Positions 1 through 13,070 of a stretch of DNA of 64,000 nucleotides are shown here, piece by piece. Positions within the stretch are counted from its first letter, which is position 1. Every line of letters starts with the position of its first letter. Position numbers and translations under genes: made by a program. The DNA is from Callorhinchus milii (Eukaryota), in assembly GCF_018977255.1 (NCBI RefSeq), contig NW_024704743.1, positions 78,368,001 through 78,432,000 on the forward strand, written 5' to 3'. The notes below the pieces were generated by a model. It saw only the letters and a list, made by a program, of their open reading frames with translations, had not been told where the DNA came from and ran no database searches.

Positions 1-390
1 CTTCTCTTTTCAAATAGTGCCATGGTACCTTCAAATCCATCTGAACTGCCACAATTGGTTTAATGATTAAATCATCATTAATTTATTTACAGGCTAATGT
101 TAAGGCTGAAGAAGGTTATTAAGAATCTTCTCCAAAACTACTAGCAGAGGCTAAAGATTCCCAACAGTTTCTGAATTATGACAGTCATTTTGTTATAATG
201 ATGGATCTTCAACTTTCCATGTTTTAACATTTCAGTTTTATATGTGATAAAAATATTGATACTGCAGAAATAAGATGTCCTAACATCATTTGCTTTACTT
301 CAAACTTTAAGTGAAATTCATTGCAATCCCAAATCTCCAGTTATTGTTAAGTATCTGATGTGATTGTGTTTTTTGGATCTCTGATACTTT

Positions 391-1525
391 ACAACAACAA
401 CAACAAGATTACATTTGTATAGTGCCTTTCACGTCAGGAGGACGTCCCAAGGCACTGAACAGAGTACAGCATTTCAGACCCGAGCTGGGTTGGGGGAGTA
501 AGGGAGGGGAGGGGAAGGGGGGTGGCCGATGGCATGGTCGAAGAGGAGGGTCTTGAGACGGAACTTGAAGGAGGCTAAGGAGGGGGCGAGGCAGAGTGAC
601 TGGGGGAGGGAATTCCAGAGATTGGGGGCAAAGTGGCTGAAGGCTCTCCCGCCAATGGTGGGGCGGGTGGGTCGGGGGACATGAAGCAGGCCAGAGTCGG
701 CTGAGCGGAGGGAACGGGCGGTTGGTAGGGGCTTAGAAGGTCACAGAGGTAGGGTGGGGCGAGGCCATGGATGGCTTTGTACGTGAGGACCAAAATCTTG
801 AACTGGATCCTCTGAAGGATAGGGAGCCAATGGAGTCAGGCGAGAGTGGGGGAGAGGGGGTCGTGGAGTTTGGTGTGGGAGAGGACACGGGCTGCAGTGT
901 TCTGGATTATCTGCAGCCTGTGGAGGGAGGAATTGGGAAGGCCGACAAGCAGTGAGTTTGCATAGTCAAGCCTGGAGGTGATGAAGGCATGAACAAGAGT
1001 TTCAGCGGCCTGAGGGGTGAGGTAATGGCGGAGTCGGGCAATGTTACGGAGGTGAAGGAAGGCAGAGCGGGTCATGGCTTGAATGTGGGGAAGAAAAGAC
1101 AATTGAGGGTCGAACAAGACACCGAGGTGCCTGACTGACTTAATGAGTTGATGTGTGCAACCATGGAGGTTGATGTTGCCAGAGCCTGAGGTGCTTAGGC
1201 GCTGACGTGAGCCAATCAGGAGGGCCTCAGTCTTGTTCACATTCAACTGTAGGAAATTTGCACTCATCCAGGACTTGATGTCCGACATCCGACAAGTCCT
1301 GGGGGACGGCAGACGTGACAGTGCGGGGGCTGGAGGAGAAACCGTTAGAGGCAACGAAGTGGAGACGGTGAGAGAGATAGGAATCGAACCAGGCAAGGGC
1401 AGGTCCATAAAGATTGAGTAAAGCAGAGAGGCGGTGTATGTGGATGGAGTGGTCGACAGTGTCGAAGGCGGCAGAGAGGTCGAGGAGGACAAGGAGGCAG
1501 AGGGAGCCCTGATCACAGATGTTCT
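391..1525 (-). mobile_element. L2-clade LINE 3' fragment with internal deletion
   Basis: RT remnants [41 protein letters not shown]; ends in a (TTG)n tail. Confidence 0.9.
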
Positions 1526-2317
1526 CTGAATGCACAGAAGTAGAACTGGAACCATGATATCCATAAGGCAAAGTTCCTGAATTCAGCCATGCCATTTGCA
1601 GGAAGCATGGGGCACTATGCAAGCACTTTCCCTCTGGAAGAGAGGGGAAAATTATCTGAACGTCAATTACCCCAGGCCTCTCAATTCCTATTTTCTAGCA
1701 GTGAGATGTAAAGTAGAAAAGGAGGTGTGGAAGCAAAAGATAATAATACTAAACCATTTGACATAACACCTTATCACGTTGTCAAATTGCCTCAAAGTGC
1801 AGCTATATTGTTTTCCTATGAAATTATTGCTGCACCTTTTATTATTTGTTACATATCAATTGATGTTTACTTCAAATTTCACCATATGCTGAATTAAGTC
1901 TGTGGGATGCCAAATTCCAACAGAACTGAATATGTCTGCAATTTTCCTTACTTTAATAATATCAAGATTTTGAACTCTTAAAATGTGCCATTTTACTACT
2001 GTTTGTGTAATATCCAAAAAAAATACTATTAGTGCAAAAGTAAAATCCTTTCATTTCCCACAAATATCCCACAATGTGAATACATCAGCCTTGTGTGGTT
2101 TGACTGACAGGGTGTTGTATCAGCACATAAGTGAACACGGGACAGACTACATTAAATATAATTACTGAATTCATTGAATTTGTATTCATAAAATGCATGC
2201 ACTGCTGAATCCACATTAACTAAAACATGCATTACTTGAGCTCTGGCTCAGTAGCATTTGCATTTGAAATTATTGTTGGATTTTAAAATTTCTAATGTTG
2301 ACTTTTTGTCTTCACTT

Positions 2318-2745
2318 TATAATAATAAAAATAATCCTGGCATTTCATACAGCACTTTTCATGTTGTTGAGATGTATCAAAGTGCCTCACAGGAGACATA
2401 CTGCAAAGTGTAGTGACTGCATGTTTTGTGGGCAAATGCAGCAGACAATTTTGCACACAGCAATGCCCCACAAACAACCATGAAGTGAATGATCAATCTT
2501 ATTTGGAGGATTGTTAGTCATGACATCGGGAGAAACTCCCTTCTCTTTTCAAACAGTGTCATGGGATCTTTAACTTGGACAGGCAGATGGGACCTTTATT
2601 AAAGGACCTCACCTCTGGCAATGCAGCGCACCCTCAGCTCTACATTGGAGTGTCATCATAGACTATATGGTTTCCAAGTCCTGATTCGGGACTTGATTCC
2701 ATAACTTTCTGACTCAGAGCCGAGAGTTCTACCAACTGAGCCGGG
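2318..2745 (-). mobile_element. Deu-type tRNA-derived SINE
   Basis: gctcagttggta head, aagatcccatgacactgtttgaaaag core, L2-like tail. Confidence 0.75.
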
Positions 2746-3586
2746 CTGAAAAATTGCAAGCAACATCTTCTGGCAAAGGGCATCAAATAAATAGCCCAAA
2801 ATCTGGAAGAATAGGCATCTAACCACAAAACTGGCAAGTAAAATAATGAATAGTATACCTGTTAACTGCTCATTAACCGCTCATAATAAAACTAAAATAC
2901 CAACTGCTTTTTAAAATGGACTCAATCCATCAAATTTGTAGATATTTCTGGTCACCAATCTACCCAAACAACACTCTTAGAATCCTCCAATAAACAGGCA
3001 TTTTAGCCCATACTTAGCTACAATAAAAGTGTCCTTCACCGCAGTCGTGTGCTGTTTTATCCTCGTTTATGTAACGTCCTAAACCTGAACCCTCCCAGTC
3101 CTGCAGGAGTGTGTCAGTACCTAACATTGCCAGCCTTGTGTGGCTCGGTGAAGGGAAACTGAAAGGGTTTTGCAGCAGCAAGTGACCACAGGACAAAACC
3201 TTATTATTATTATTATTATTATTATTATAAAACCTGACACGCATTTCATTCATTGAATTTGCACTTACAAATTGTGAGAACTGTTTTAACACATTAACCG
3301 TCGATATACTTTGCCTGAGTTGTGAGTCGGCAGCAGTGGTGTTCTCCTGAGTCCCCGCTCCCTGTCTGTCAGCATTCACTAACCCTCTGGTCGCTGTCCT
3401 TGGTCTCTGGTCGCTCGGAGACTGGAGGGTTATGTTTCTGCATCTGCAGCTTCGTCGGGTTTGTTTGTGGAGCTGCTGCACAACCTGTGTCTGTTCGCTT
3501 GTCACACGCTATTTTCCGACTGCGGGCTCTCTGCACTGATCCTGTGCAGTCCCTCGATCACTCTCCTCTTTACTGCTGGTCAGTGC

Positions 3587-4372
3587 AGTCTCTCTCCCTG
3601 TGCACACTCTCTCACTCTGTCCAGTGTCCCTCTCCCTGTGCACACACTCTCACTCTGTCCAGTGTCCCTCTCCCTGTGCACACACTCTCACTCTGTCCAG
3701 TGTCCCTCTCCCTGTGCACACTCTCACTCTGTCCAGTGTCCCTCTCCCTGTGCACACTCTCACTCTGTCCAGTGTCCCTCTCCCTGTGCACACTCTCACT
3801 CTGTCCAGTGTCTCTCTCCCTGTGCACACTCTCACTCTGTCCAGTGTCTCTCTCCCTGTGCACACACTCTCACTCTGTCCAGTGTCTCTCTCCCTGTGCA
3901 CACACTCTCACTCTGTCCAGTGTCTCTCTCCCTGTGCACACTCTCTCACTCTGTCCAGTGTCTCTCTCCCTGTGCACACACTCTCACTCTGTCCAGTGTC
4001 CCTCTCCCTGTGCACACTCTCTCACTCTGTCCAGTGTCCCTCTCCCTGTGCACACACTCTCACTCTGTCCAGTGTCCCTCTCCCTGTGCACACACTCTCC
4101 CTCTGTCCAGTTTCTGTCTCCCTGTGCACACTCCCCCTCTCTCTCTATGCCCAGTCTCTCTCCCCTGTGCACACTCTCTCTCCCTCTCTCTCTGTGACCA
4201 GCCTCTCTCCCTGTGCACACTCCCCCTCTCTCTCTATGCCCAGTCTCTCCCCTGTGCACACTCTCTCTCCCTCTCTCTGTGACCAGCCTCTCTCCCTGTG
4301 CACACTCTCCCTCTCTCTGTGACCAGCCTCTCTCCCTGTGCACACTCTCCCTCTCTCTATGTCAAGTCTCTC
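3587..4372. repeat. Minisatellite, 36/38-bp unit CTCTCCCTGTGCACAC(AC)TCTCACTCTGTCCAGTGTCY, degenerating into variant units
   Basis: About 20 direct tandem copies; followed by CT-rich low-complexity DNA to ~4740. Confidence 0.95.
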
Positions 4373-5242
4373 TACCCACACACATTATCTCTCTTCTCTT
4401 TCTATGTACATGCAATCTCTTAGCCTTTCCTTTTCTTCACTGCTCTACATGTAATTAGATGTGTTTGACCGCCTCCCCTATGTTGTTCTGTCTCTCGATG
4501 CCCAGACACTCTGCAATCTCTTGCTCTCCTTGTTCTCTCTTCTCTCTTTCACCCTTTATCCCTTCTCCCTGTCTCTCTCTGCTCTCCTACCTTCTCGTTC
4601 TTTCTCGCTAATACACTCGCTTCTCTTTCCCCACACAATCTATCTATGTTCTCTGCCCTGTCCCTCTCACATACTTTTTCTCCACTCTCCTTGTCTCTCT
4701 TTCACACATAATCTTTCTTTGCTTTCTGTCTCTCTCCAGGGTTGGTCTTGTACAAGAGAAGTTCCCACATTTGCCTCACCCTTTATACACCAGCCTTCAC
4801 CCCCCCCCCACTCACCCACAACTCACAAGTTCACTGAATCTTGAACCTTCTCCAATACCTGCAATGACACATTTAACTGTAGGCTCATAACATTATAACT
4901 AGCATTTATTCCTGAATCTGAAAAAGAAAACACTTGGAAATTGAAATTGGAAAACACATGATATGTGCTCTTTCTGGGCCCACTGAACATATAATTTACT
5001 TTTGTCACTTGATAACTGGCATCTCAGAATAGATGCAGAAGACTGAGGATTTGCATTGGGTATTAGAATTAGTATTTGGTATTAGTATTAGCATTGCTCG
5101 TGTTTCAACTGAGTGAAGAATTATCATATTGTACATTAATTTATGGTGAAATGTTGTAGGGAGATTGTTGCACACTGAAAACAATGGTGTCAATAATGAA
5201 AAATCAGTCACCCTTTGACCTTCAGCATCGGTATTTAATCAT

Positions 5243-5510
5243 TAATAATAATAATAATAATAATAAGCCTTGCATTTGATACAGCAGATCACCACACCTT
5301 TGAGACACCTGAAAGTGCTTCACATAATATGTGGGACACTGCTGTGCGCAATTGGCTGCTGCGTTTCACCCACAAAAAAACAGTCAATTCACTTTACAGT
5401 ATATTCTGTGAAGCCTTTGAGACGTCTCAAAGACATGATAAGGTGCTATATCAAATGCAAGGATTATAATACACTGTAAAGTGAATTGACTATATCTTGT
5501 GGGCAAAATA
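5243..5510. mobile_element. Cluster of SINE 3'-tail fragments in opposite orientations
   Basis: ccttgcatttgatacagc (minus tail) followed by gtgggacactgctgtgcgcaattggctg...atcaaatgcaaggatta (plus tail). Confidence 0.75.
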
Positions 5511-7044
5511 AAGTTGGATATTTCGGTTGAATGATGACTCTCTTTTTCAGAGGATCTAGATCTTGAGCTTTCTAACAGGCGGCATCAACGAATAACACAT
5601 AAAAGCATCTCCAGCTGCAAAGGACCCTTTTGCAACCTTGTCAGACAAGTGGTGACATGTGGAGTTAGTTGAGAGGCAAATGTGTCATGAATAACTCATT
5701 CATTGTTTATTCTTTGTGTCACTGTAAGGAAGTGTGTTACACCAGTGATGTGGCTTAGGGGTCAGTTATCCACTTTAATATGAGTTGTTATATATATATA
5801 CTGTATATATGAATACATTTTTCTCTCTGACTTGTGCCAACCTTCATAGGTACAGATGATGAAAACACAGACTTGGAGTGTACAAATATGTCCTGGGGAC
5901 ACGTAAAGCAAGCTGCTCACTGCTGGGACCCAGCCTCAGTGCCTGTCACTCCCAAACAACAACTGAGCTGAGCCCAGATTCCATTAATTATGGGTTCTCC
6001 GCATTACGTCTGTTTTACCTTTCGGACATGAGATGTGCAGACAAATGTTTTGTCTTCCGTGTGAGCGTTGCAGGAAATGGAAGAGACAAGTTTGTAGCTG
6101 ATCAAAATGATTACCATCATCTGTATCAATTTCTGTAGCTCACTGCTCGAATTTCACTTATGATCTGGGATAAATTCACCACAGAGTGAAGCACTTGTTC
6201 TGTGATGTAGAGCTACCCTCTCTTGAAAGTTGAAGAGACTACATCTTATTACACCGACATATAATGATTTAACTAAAAGCATGCAAAAATGCACTAACAA
6301 ACTGTGCAGAACCATACAATTTTACTTTAATTTTACCAATCCAAAACCAACCGGCATAGCTGATATCTATATACTGTACTTTGTCTGCTTATGAAGGGAG
6401 GCACTCTACAGAGAGGTAATTCCACAAGCTTTTTAATGTAATCCGTATGATACAATGTCTTGACTTTCTATTAAAAATTTTCTTTCTCACACAGATGGTT
6501 GTGGATCACTTGAGAAATAATAATAATAATCCTTGCATTTGATATAGAGCTTTGTCACGTCTTCGAGACGTCTCAAAGGGCTTCACAGAATATACTGTAA
6601 ATTGAATTGACCTGTATATTTGTGCCGAAAATCCTTATGAGGTGAAAAATTGGAAGGAATGCATTTTCATGATCTGATAAAATGTATCCAGTTTGAATGG
6701 AGGAGGAGGGAAGAGATGGAAATGTGACTGAAAGGTTTAGCATAACAAATCTTTTGTAGGTCACTTTGGCTGATGTATTCCACAGCAGATACACATTAGG
6801 TATGTATGTTTGATCCTGCTTTGCAGACTGGAGACCGTCCGGAGTGGAGTGCGCTATATAAATCCAAGTTGTTGTTGTTAAGTTGTTGTTGCAGCTGTTC
6901 ACATTTTGAATTCATGCTATCGAGTGAGACAGAAGATAAAGCTGATAAACACAATGTGGGCCGTGCAGATCATATTCAGATATTTCACTGCACTACCTCA
7001 GAGCAGTCAACTTATTTTTAAATACCAATCTCTCTGATGAACAA

Positions 7045-7445
7045 TAATAAAGTATAAATCTTGCACATCAGGAGAACGTCTCAAAACGCTTCACAGGATT
7101 CACTGTAAAGTGTAGTGACTGTATCTTGTAGGCAAATGCGGCAATCAATTTGCACACAGCAATATCCCACAAACAAATAAATAATTTTATCTGGGGGATT
7201 GTTAGCCAGGACACCAGGAAATACTCCCTTTTCTTTTCAAACAGTGTCGTAGCTCCTTTAAAGTTCACCTGAACAGGCAGGCGGAACCTTGGTTTAACAT
7301 CTCATCCGAAAGACGGCATCTCCAGTAACGCACTATATTGAATTGCCAACTTCACCTCCATGCTCAAAGTCCCAGTGTGGGGCTTGAACCAAGAGCCTTT
7401 TGACTCAGAGGCAAAAATGCTACCAACTGAGCCAGACTGACACTG
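7045..7445 (-). mobile_element. Deu-type SINE, near full length
   Basis: Same head/core/tail as the other copies. Confidence 0.8.
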
Positions 7446-8489
7446 AACGGCCTACTGGTGCTGCATTTGTCCTGTTTTATCTATTTATTTTGCACAATTG
7501 TATGTACAGCTGATGCAATAAAATACTTTATGTAAAATATACACCTGTATAGCAGTGTTGATTGTTATATTCTTAAAGCAGCCTCATCAGGAAAAAAACA
7601 TATGAAGTCCTCCCCCACCCCCCAAGTCAAAATCTATGCAGTAGTTATGATAGCAGTAGAAATTATCTGCATTGACCTATACCATCCCAAAAGATTTGAG
7701 CCACATAGCATCCATCAACAAACCAAGTAAACATACAGCATAATCAGAACACTTACAATGTTATTTGTGAAGGTCTCAGCCTTGTCACATGCATCTAGTG
7801 TATAGTTTTTAGCTGCAGTAACTTCAGGCACATGTGTCATGTGTCCAAACCTGCCTGAGAAGTTGAACTTTCAGTTATTACATTGCACCCCAACCTCTGG
7901 AACTCCTATCCTCTAGCCCTCTGCCTGGCGTCCTTTTCATCTTTGAATCCCAACTGTTTGCTCACAAAATATTGCTCACTGCACTTTATAGTATATCCTG
8001 TCAAACGATTTGAGGCATCCTCTCAACATGAAAGGCACCGTATCAAGTGTAAGGATTATTATTTGGATTAACAAATGTAAGGGTTATTATTTTGGATTAT
8101 TATTACCTCTTTGACCAGACTTATCATTTCTTCCAGCCCTTTCGCCTTGCTCAGCATCCAACCCTTTCACAGTGAAGCGCTCCAAGACATTTTCTTAAAA
8201 TGAAGTGCTGCTCCTGTAATATATTCCCTCCCCACTCCAGTAATTACCAAGTGGAGATTTATTAGCCACAAATCCTGAACAAACAAATCACAATCATTTT
8301 ACAGAGTTATTCCTTACAACGAACTAATCAAGGGACATGAATTGTATACAACTCAGAATTAATTTAAATCGACCCATTAATAATCCAGAGAGAATTAAAT
8401 TTGCTTTCATCTCAAAAACATGTGAAAGCTTTCAAACTTAACAGTTCAGTTAAGAAAAAAATGTTATTTCTGCAAGATAGTCTCATATT

Positions 8490-8690
8490 GGTGTCAACCT
8501 GGCTCAGTTGGTAATACTCTCACCCTGAATCAGAAGGTTATTGAACTCATAGTCAAGTCTGACTCTCCAATGCAGTGGTGGGAGTGTACTGCATTATTGG
8601 AAGTACTGTCCTTCAGATGAGACATTTAACCAAAGGTCCCCTCTACCTGTTCAGGTGGACATTAAGGATCCCATGTCACCATTTGACTAC
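8490..8690 (+). mobile_element. Deu-type SINE 5' part
   Basis: ggtgtcaacctggctcagttggta...gatgagacattt...caggtggacattaaggatcccatg. Confidence 0.7.
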
Positions 8691-9269
8691 TTTTTCCCTT
8701 ATATTCCTTTCTTTTATGTACATTTTTTTAAAAAATTAAAATTGCCCTATCCATTTCTATAGCTTCGCATTTTATGTGAACAGAAGGCAGGGGAAATCTT
8801 CCAGTTTGTACCCCACACCTCTATTATTAGGAGAGCATTCAAATAAGATCCCATTGTACTTACAGTATTTAATTGGGTTCAACCAGTACCTCAGCGAAAG
8901 ATTAACAAGAGGTGAACAGAAATTGTGACCATGTATGAAAGATTACCCTACAACTCATCTAGCTTCCCATTGTGTCATGAAAAGCGATAGGAGAATGAGA
9001 AAGTCACATTATTTTCTTACTTCTAAATAGTCTTTCTCCTTTAATTGCCTTGCCCATAAAATCTAATAGGTTTTGGTGAGGTGGGAGTGAGGCTTGGGGG
9101 TAGATGAAAGGAGCAATGACCAGGTTCCAAGAGGAAAGAACAGTGTAACACTTGAATCTATCCCAGAAACTTGTTTTTTTTCTCTATGTAAATGAAGAAT
9201 TGTAGACAGTGTTTTGAAAAATCATTGCCCAAATAACCATTCTTAATATGTGAGACTGGACAGTAAATG

Positions 9270-9727
9270 TAACAGAATGGTACCAGGAATGAGGGACTTT
9301 AGTTATGTGGAAAGACAAGAGAGGCTGTGGTTGTTTTTCTTCAAGCAGAGACGGTCAAGGGGAGATTTAATAGAGATGTTCAAAATTATGAGGGGTTTTG
9401 ATAGAGTAATTAAGGAGAAACTGTTTCTCTGTGGTAACTAGAGGACACAGATTTAAAATAATTGGTAAAAGAACCAGTGGGGAGACCAGGAGAAATTGAT
9501 TTACCCAGAGACTTGTTACGGTCTGGAATGCCATGAAAGGGTGGTGGAAGGAGATTTGATAGTAGCTTTCAAAGGGGAATTTGATATGTACTTGAAAAGG
9601 AAACATCTGCAGGGATATGGGGTAAGAGCAGGGGAGTTGGACTAATTGAGTAGCTCTTTCAAAGAGCTGGCACAGGCATGATGGGTTGAATGGCCTCATT
9701 CTGTCCGGTAATATTCTATTATTCTAC
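9270..9727 (+). mobile_element. CR1 LINE 3' end
   Basis: RRSRGDLIEMFKIMRGFD peptide; gatgggttgaatggcct...attctattattcta terminus. Confidence 0.88.
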
Positions 9728-9919
9728 AATTATGGACGTGACTTCAGCTGCCATACACAACAGACACTTTCCAGGATGGGTTACTCGACAGGAGCAGGAA
9801 TCATTAGCGCAAACATTATTAATGGCAACAAGGACTGACTGAATCTTCCAGATATTTTATCTGTTTAATGAATTGCAGTCACAAGCAAATTGAAGCAAAA
9901 CTGGTGGCTTTCCTTGATT

Positions 9920-10380
9920 ATGACACCTTTCACTTCAAAAGGATGTCTCAAATTTGTTACAGGATATACTCTAATGTGTGACTGTGTATTTTGTAAGCAA
10001 ACGCAGAAGCTAATTTACACACATCAATGTCTCATGACTTCCACAAAGTCAATGACTGATTTTATTTGAGGATTTTTGACCAGGAAACCAAGAGAAACTT
10101 CTCTTTTTGAATAGTGCCATGGGTCCCTTAACATCCAGCTAAACCGACAAACAGGAATATCTCATCTCATCCGAAGGACAGCACCTCCAACAATGGAGCA
10201 CACCCCCAGCACTGCACTGGGGTGTCAGGCTGCCCTAGACTATATGACAAGCGCTCCGGGACTCTACCATGCCTGAGGAGCGCTATATAAATGCAAGTTG
10301 TTGTTGTTGTGATCAAATCCCGACGTGGGGCTTTGATCTTTCCAGAGGTGACAGTATTACCAATTGAGCCAGACTGATAC
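9920..10380 (-). mobile_element. Degenerate Deu-type SINE with an inserted L2 tail
   Basis: Core/head motifs; gcgctatataaatgcaagttgttgttg insert at ~10250-10310. Confidence 0.65.
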
Positions 10381-10546
10381 CTTACAGACAGAGTCAACTG
10401 AAGAGCTAGGTTAGTTGACAAGAGAGGAGGAGAGAGACAATGTTGAAAGGTGGTCAAACAGTAAAACACGTTAAGAGAGGAAGTTTTTTAGGTTTGTGCC
10501 TGGCTGCAGTCGGTGCCCAATTCATGATGAAACAGTTTTGAATATT

Positions 10547-10565
10547 CAGCGCCATCTTGTGGCCA
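10547..10565 (-). promoter_or_regulatory. Candidate CTCF (overlapping YY1-like) site
   Basis: tggCCACAAGATGGCGCtg closely fits the CTCF core consensus in non-repetitive AT-rich DNA. Confidence 0.5.
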
Positions 10566-10887
10566 AGTTATTGTATCCATTTTGTCCATCCTAAATCAGT
10601 TTGGGGTGTCAAATTGTTTAAACAAAAGCCACATAACTTCCTCCAAGAGTGGTGTAAAGTGCTACCCATGGAGCCAATAGACACTTTCTTGTTCTTCTTT
10701 AGAGTATCACATCTTAAATTGCACATTTAGTTCATAAATAATTCTATTCAGTCATAAAATATCACTTTCTGCTCTGCAAACATATTTTCCCTATTAACGG
10801 TATTGTTTGTAATCAGTTATTGTACAAGAATCTTTATACAGTTCAGTCACTTTCTTAGATGTAGTTTGACTAACAGCCTGCTCATAA

Positions 10888-11395
10888 GGGTTTGTGTTGG
10901 CCTGGCTCAGTTGATAGCACTCTTGCCTCGAACTCAGAATGTTGTGGGTTTAAAAGCCCCAAGCTGGGACTTTGAACTCATATAGATGACACTCCAATCC
11001 TGGGAGTGTGTTGAATTGACGGAGATACTCTCCCTCGGATGAGACATTAAACCAAGGTCCCATCTGCCTGTTGAGGTGGATATTAAAGATCCCCGGGCAC
11101 TATTTGAAAGGGTACGGGAGTTTCTCCTGGTGTCCTGACCAACAATTCCCCAACATAAAATTGGTCATTCGCTCCATGGATGTTTGAGGGACATTGCTGT
11201 GTAAAACCTGGCTGCTGTGTTTGTCCACAAAATTACAGTCAATTTACTTTACAGTTTATCCTGTAAAGTGCTTTGAGACGTCCAGAAGACGTGATAAGGT
11301 GCTATATCAAATGCAAGGATTATTATTATCCTGTAAAGCACTTTGAGACATCTTGAGGACGTGATATACCAAATGCAAGGATTATTATCATTATA
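10888..11395 (+). mobile_element. Full-length Deu-type SINE with tandemly duplicated tail
   Basis: Head, core and two copies of tatcctgtaaag...caaatgcaaggattatta. Confidence 0.85.
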
Positions 11396-11634
11396 ATTAC
11401 CTCGCATACTCACACTGAGGCTGCTATCATTGATACTGTGAAGAATAATAAACTGGTAATAATTGTTGATGGCAAACATTGTTCTTCACAACTGTGACCT
11501 TCAGTAATTCAGCAATGTGTCAAGTGAAAGAAAAATGGACTTTCCAATTTGCAATACAACAGCTATTCACAAGACAAAATGACATTGACTGTAGTAGATA
11601 ATGTGTTAATATTTAACAAAAAGTTTCTAAATAA

Positions 11635-12129
11635 CTAGCTGTACCTGTTGCAACCAGTTTAATTTAAGCGGCCTTCTCTCTTTCATCCAGCATTTGTATT
11701 TGTCTTTGAAAGGCTTGATCTTTGCTTCTTAGGCATCTCTATCCCTTAAGATTAAGAAAATGTGCTATTGAATTCATTAGCATCACTTGTTTACCTATTT
11801 GCACACATATCCTTTTGGGGGCGCTCCTGTGGAAGGACTCCTGTTGGGAGGACTCAGTGGGAGGACTCCTGTTGGGAAGATTCAGTGGGAGGACTCCTGT
11901 GGGAGAACTTCTGTTGGGAGGACTCCTGTTGGTGGGACTCCTTATTAGAGTTCATACATGTGTAATGAGCTTGTTTAGCTCACAATAGGAGATCCCCGAA
12001 GAAAAATATGCCCATGACACTCCCCAATGAAAGTCCTTTCCGATGAAGTATAAATCATGCTTCTACATCAATTGGTTATTGACAAACAGACAGACACACG
12101 GGCAGACATTTTGTCTTTATTAGTGCAGA
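11635..12129 (-). mobile_element. Non-autonomous Helitron with internal ~15-bp tandem repeat
   Basis: Minus strand A|TCTGCACTAATAAAG ... GTACAGCTAG|T, subterminal palindrome gttgcaac, (GACA)n tract, no TSD. Confidence 0.72.
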
Positions 12130-12229
12130 TGTATCTCTCTAGAAGGGTGTGTGATTTCTTCTATCATTATTTTGTTGCAGAACACTCTGCATACCTTTTT
12201 TGGGGCTTAATTAAACATTTTTTAATATA

Positions 12230-12461
12230 GCTCATCAATGATAGGAGATACCCCAAAAATATGCCCATGACATTCCCCCATACAAGACCTTTACGATGAG
12301 GTATAAATCATATCTCTACATCAATTGGTTATTGTGTTCTTGGCGGACAGATAGACAGATAGTTACACAACAACAACAACAAGATTCCATTTATAAAGCG
12401 CCTTTCACGTCAGGAGGACGTCCCAAGGCGCTGAACAGACATTTTGTCTTTATTAGTTAGA
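12230..12461 (-). mobile_element. Second Helitron 5' end, interrupted by a short L2/SINE tail (~12370-12435)
   Basis: Diverged copy of 11978-12129; A|TCTAACTAATAAAGACAAAATGTCTG terminus. Confidence 0.68.
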
Positions 12462-12462
12462 T

Positions 12463-13070
12463 AATAAGCCTTGCATTTGATATAGAACTTTATAACGCCA
12501 ACAAAACATCTCAAAACGTTTCACAGGATCTACTGGAACATGCAATGACTGTATGTTTGGCAAATACAGCAATCAATTTGCAAACAGCAATGATCCACAA
12601 AAAATTGTGCATTTATATAGCGTCCTTCATATAGGATATTGTCCAAGAGCACTTTGTCAACATGATAAAGTGCAGTATTAAATGCAGGGATTATTATTAT
12701 TATTAATCCATGAAGTGAATGACCATTTTTTAACTGGAGGATTGCTGGCAAAGATATTGGGAGAAACATACTTCTCTTTGTCTTCAACAACCATCTAAAC
12801 AGACAGATCTTCATCGACCAACTAAGTAGACAGATGGGACTTCACTTTAACGGCTCACCCAAACGTTGGCACCTCTGACATTCCTCCTATAACAACAACT
12901 TGCATGTGTATAGCACCATTCATGTGGATAGCATCTTGGAGCACTTAACAATGATGTAGTTTGACAGCACTGCAATGGAGTATCAGCCCAGACTGTGAGC
13001 TCAAAAACCCAACACAGGGCATGAACCCACAACTTTGTGACTCAGAGGCGAGAGTGTTACCAACAGAAAT
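12463..13070 (-). mobile_element. Deu-type SINE with nested small insertions
   Basis: Tail, core and head motifs interrupted by L2-tail fragments. Confidence 0.65.

Noticed and set aside
575-1622. Reverse-transcriptase-like ORFs (also 14139-14751, 36039-36719, 48633-49478)
   Set aside because: Truncated, frameshifted, internally deleted L2 remnants, not functional genes.
3322-4458. Long Cys/Ser/Leu/His-rich ORFs in several frames; superficially CRISPR-like periodicity
   Set aside because: By-products of a stop-free tandem repeat; there are no unique spacers or cas genes, and the DNA is vertebrate.
11722-11988. ORFs with WEDSC / GGLLL repeats
   Set aside because: Translations of the Helitron-internal tandem repeat.
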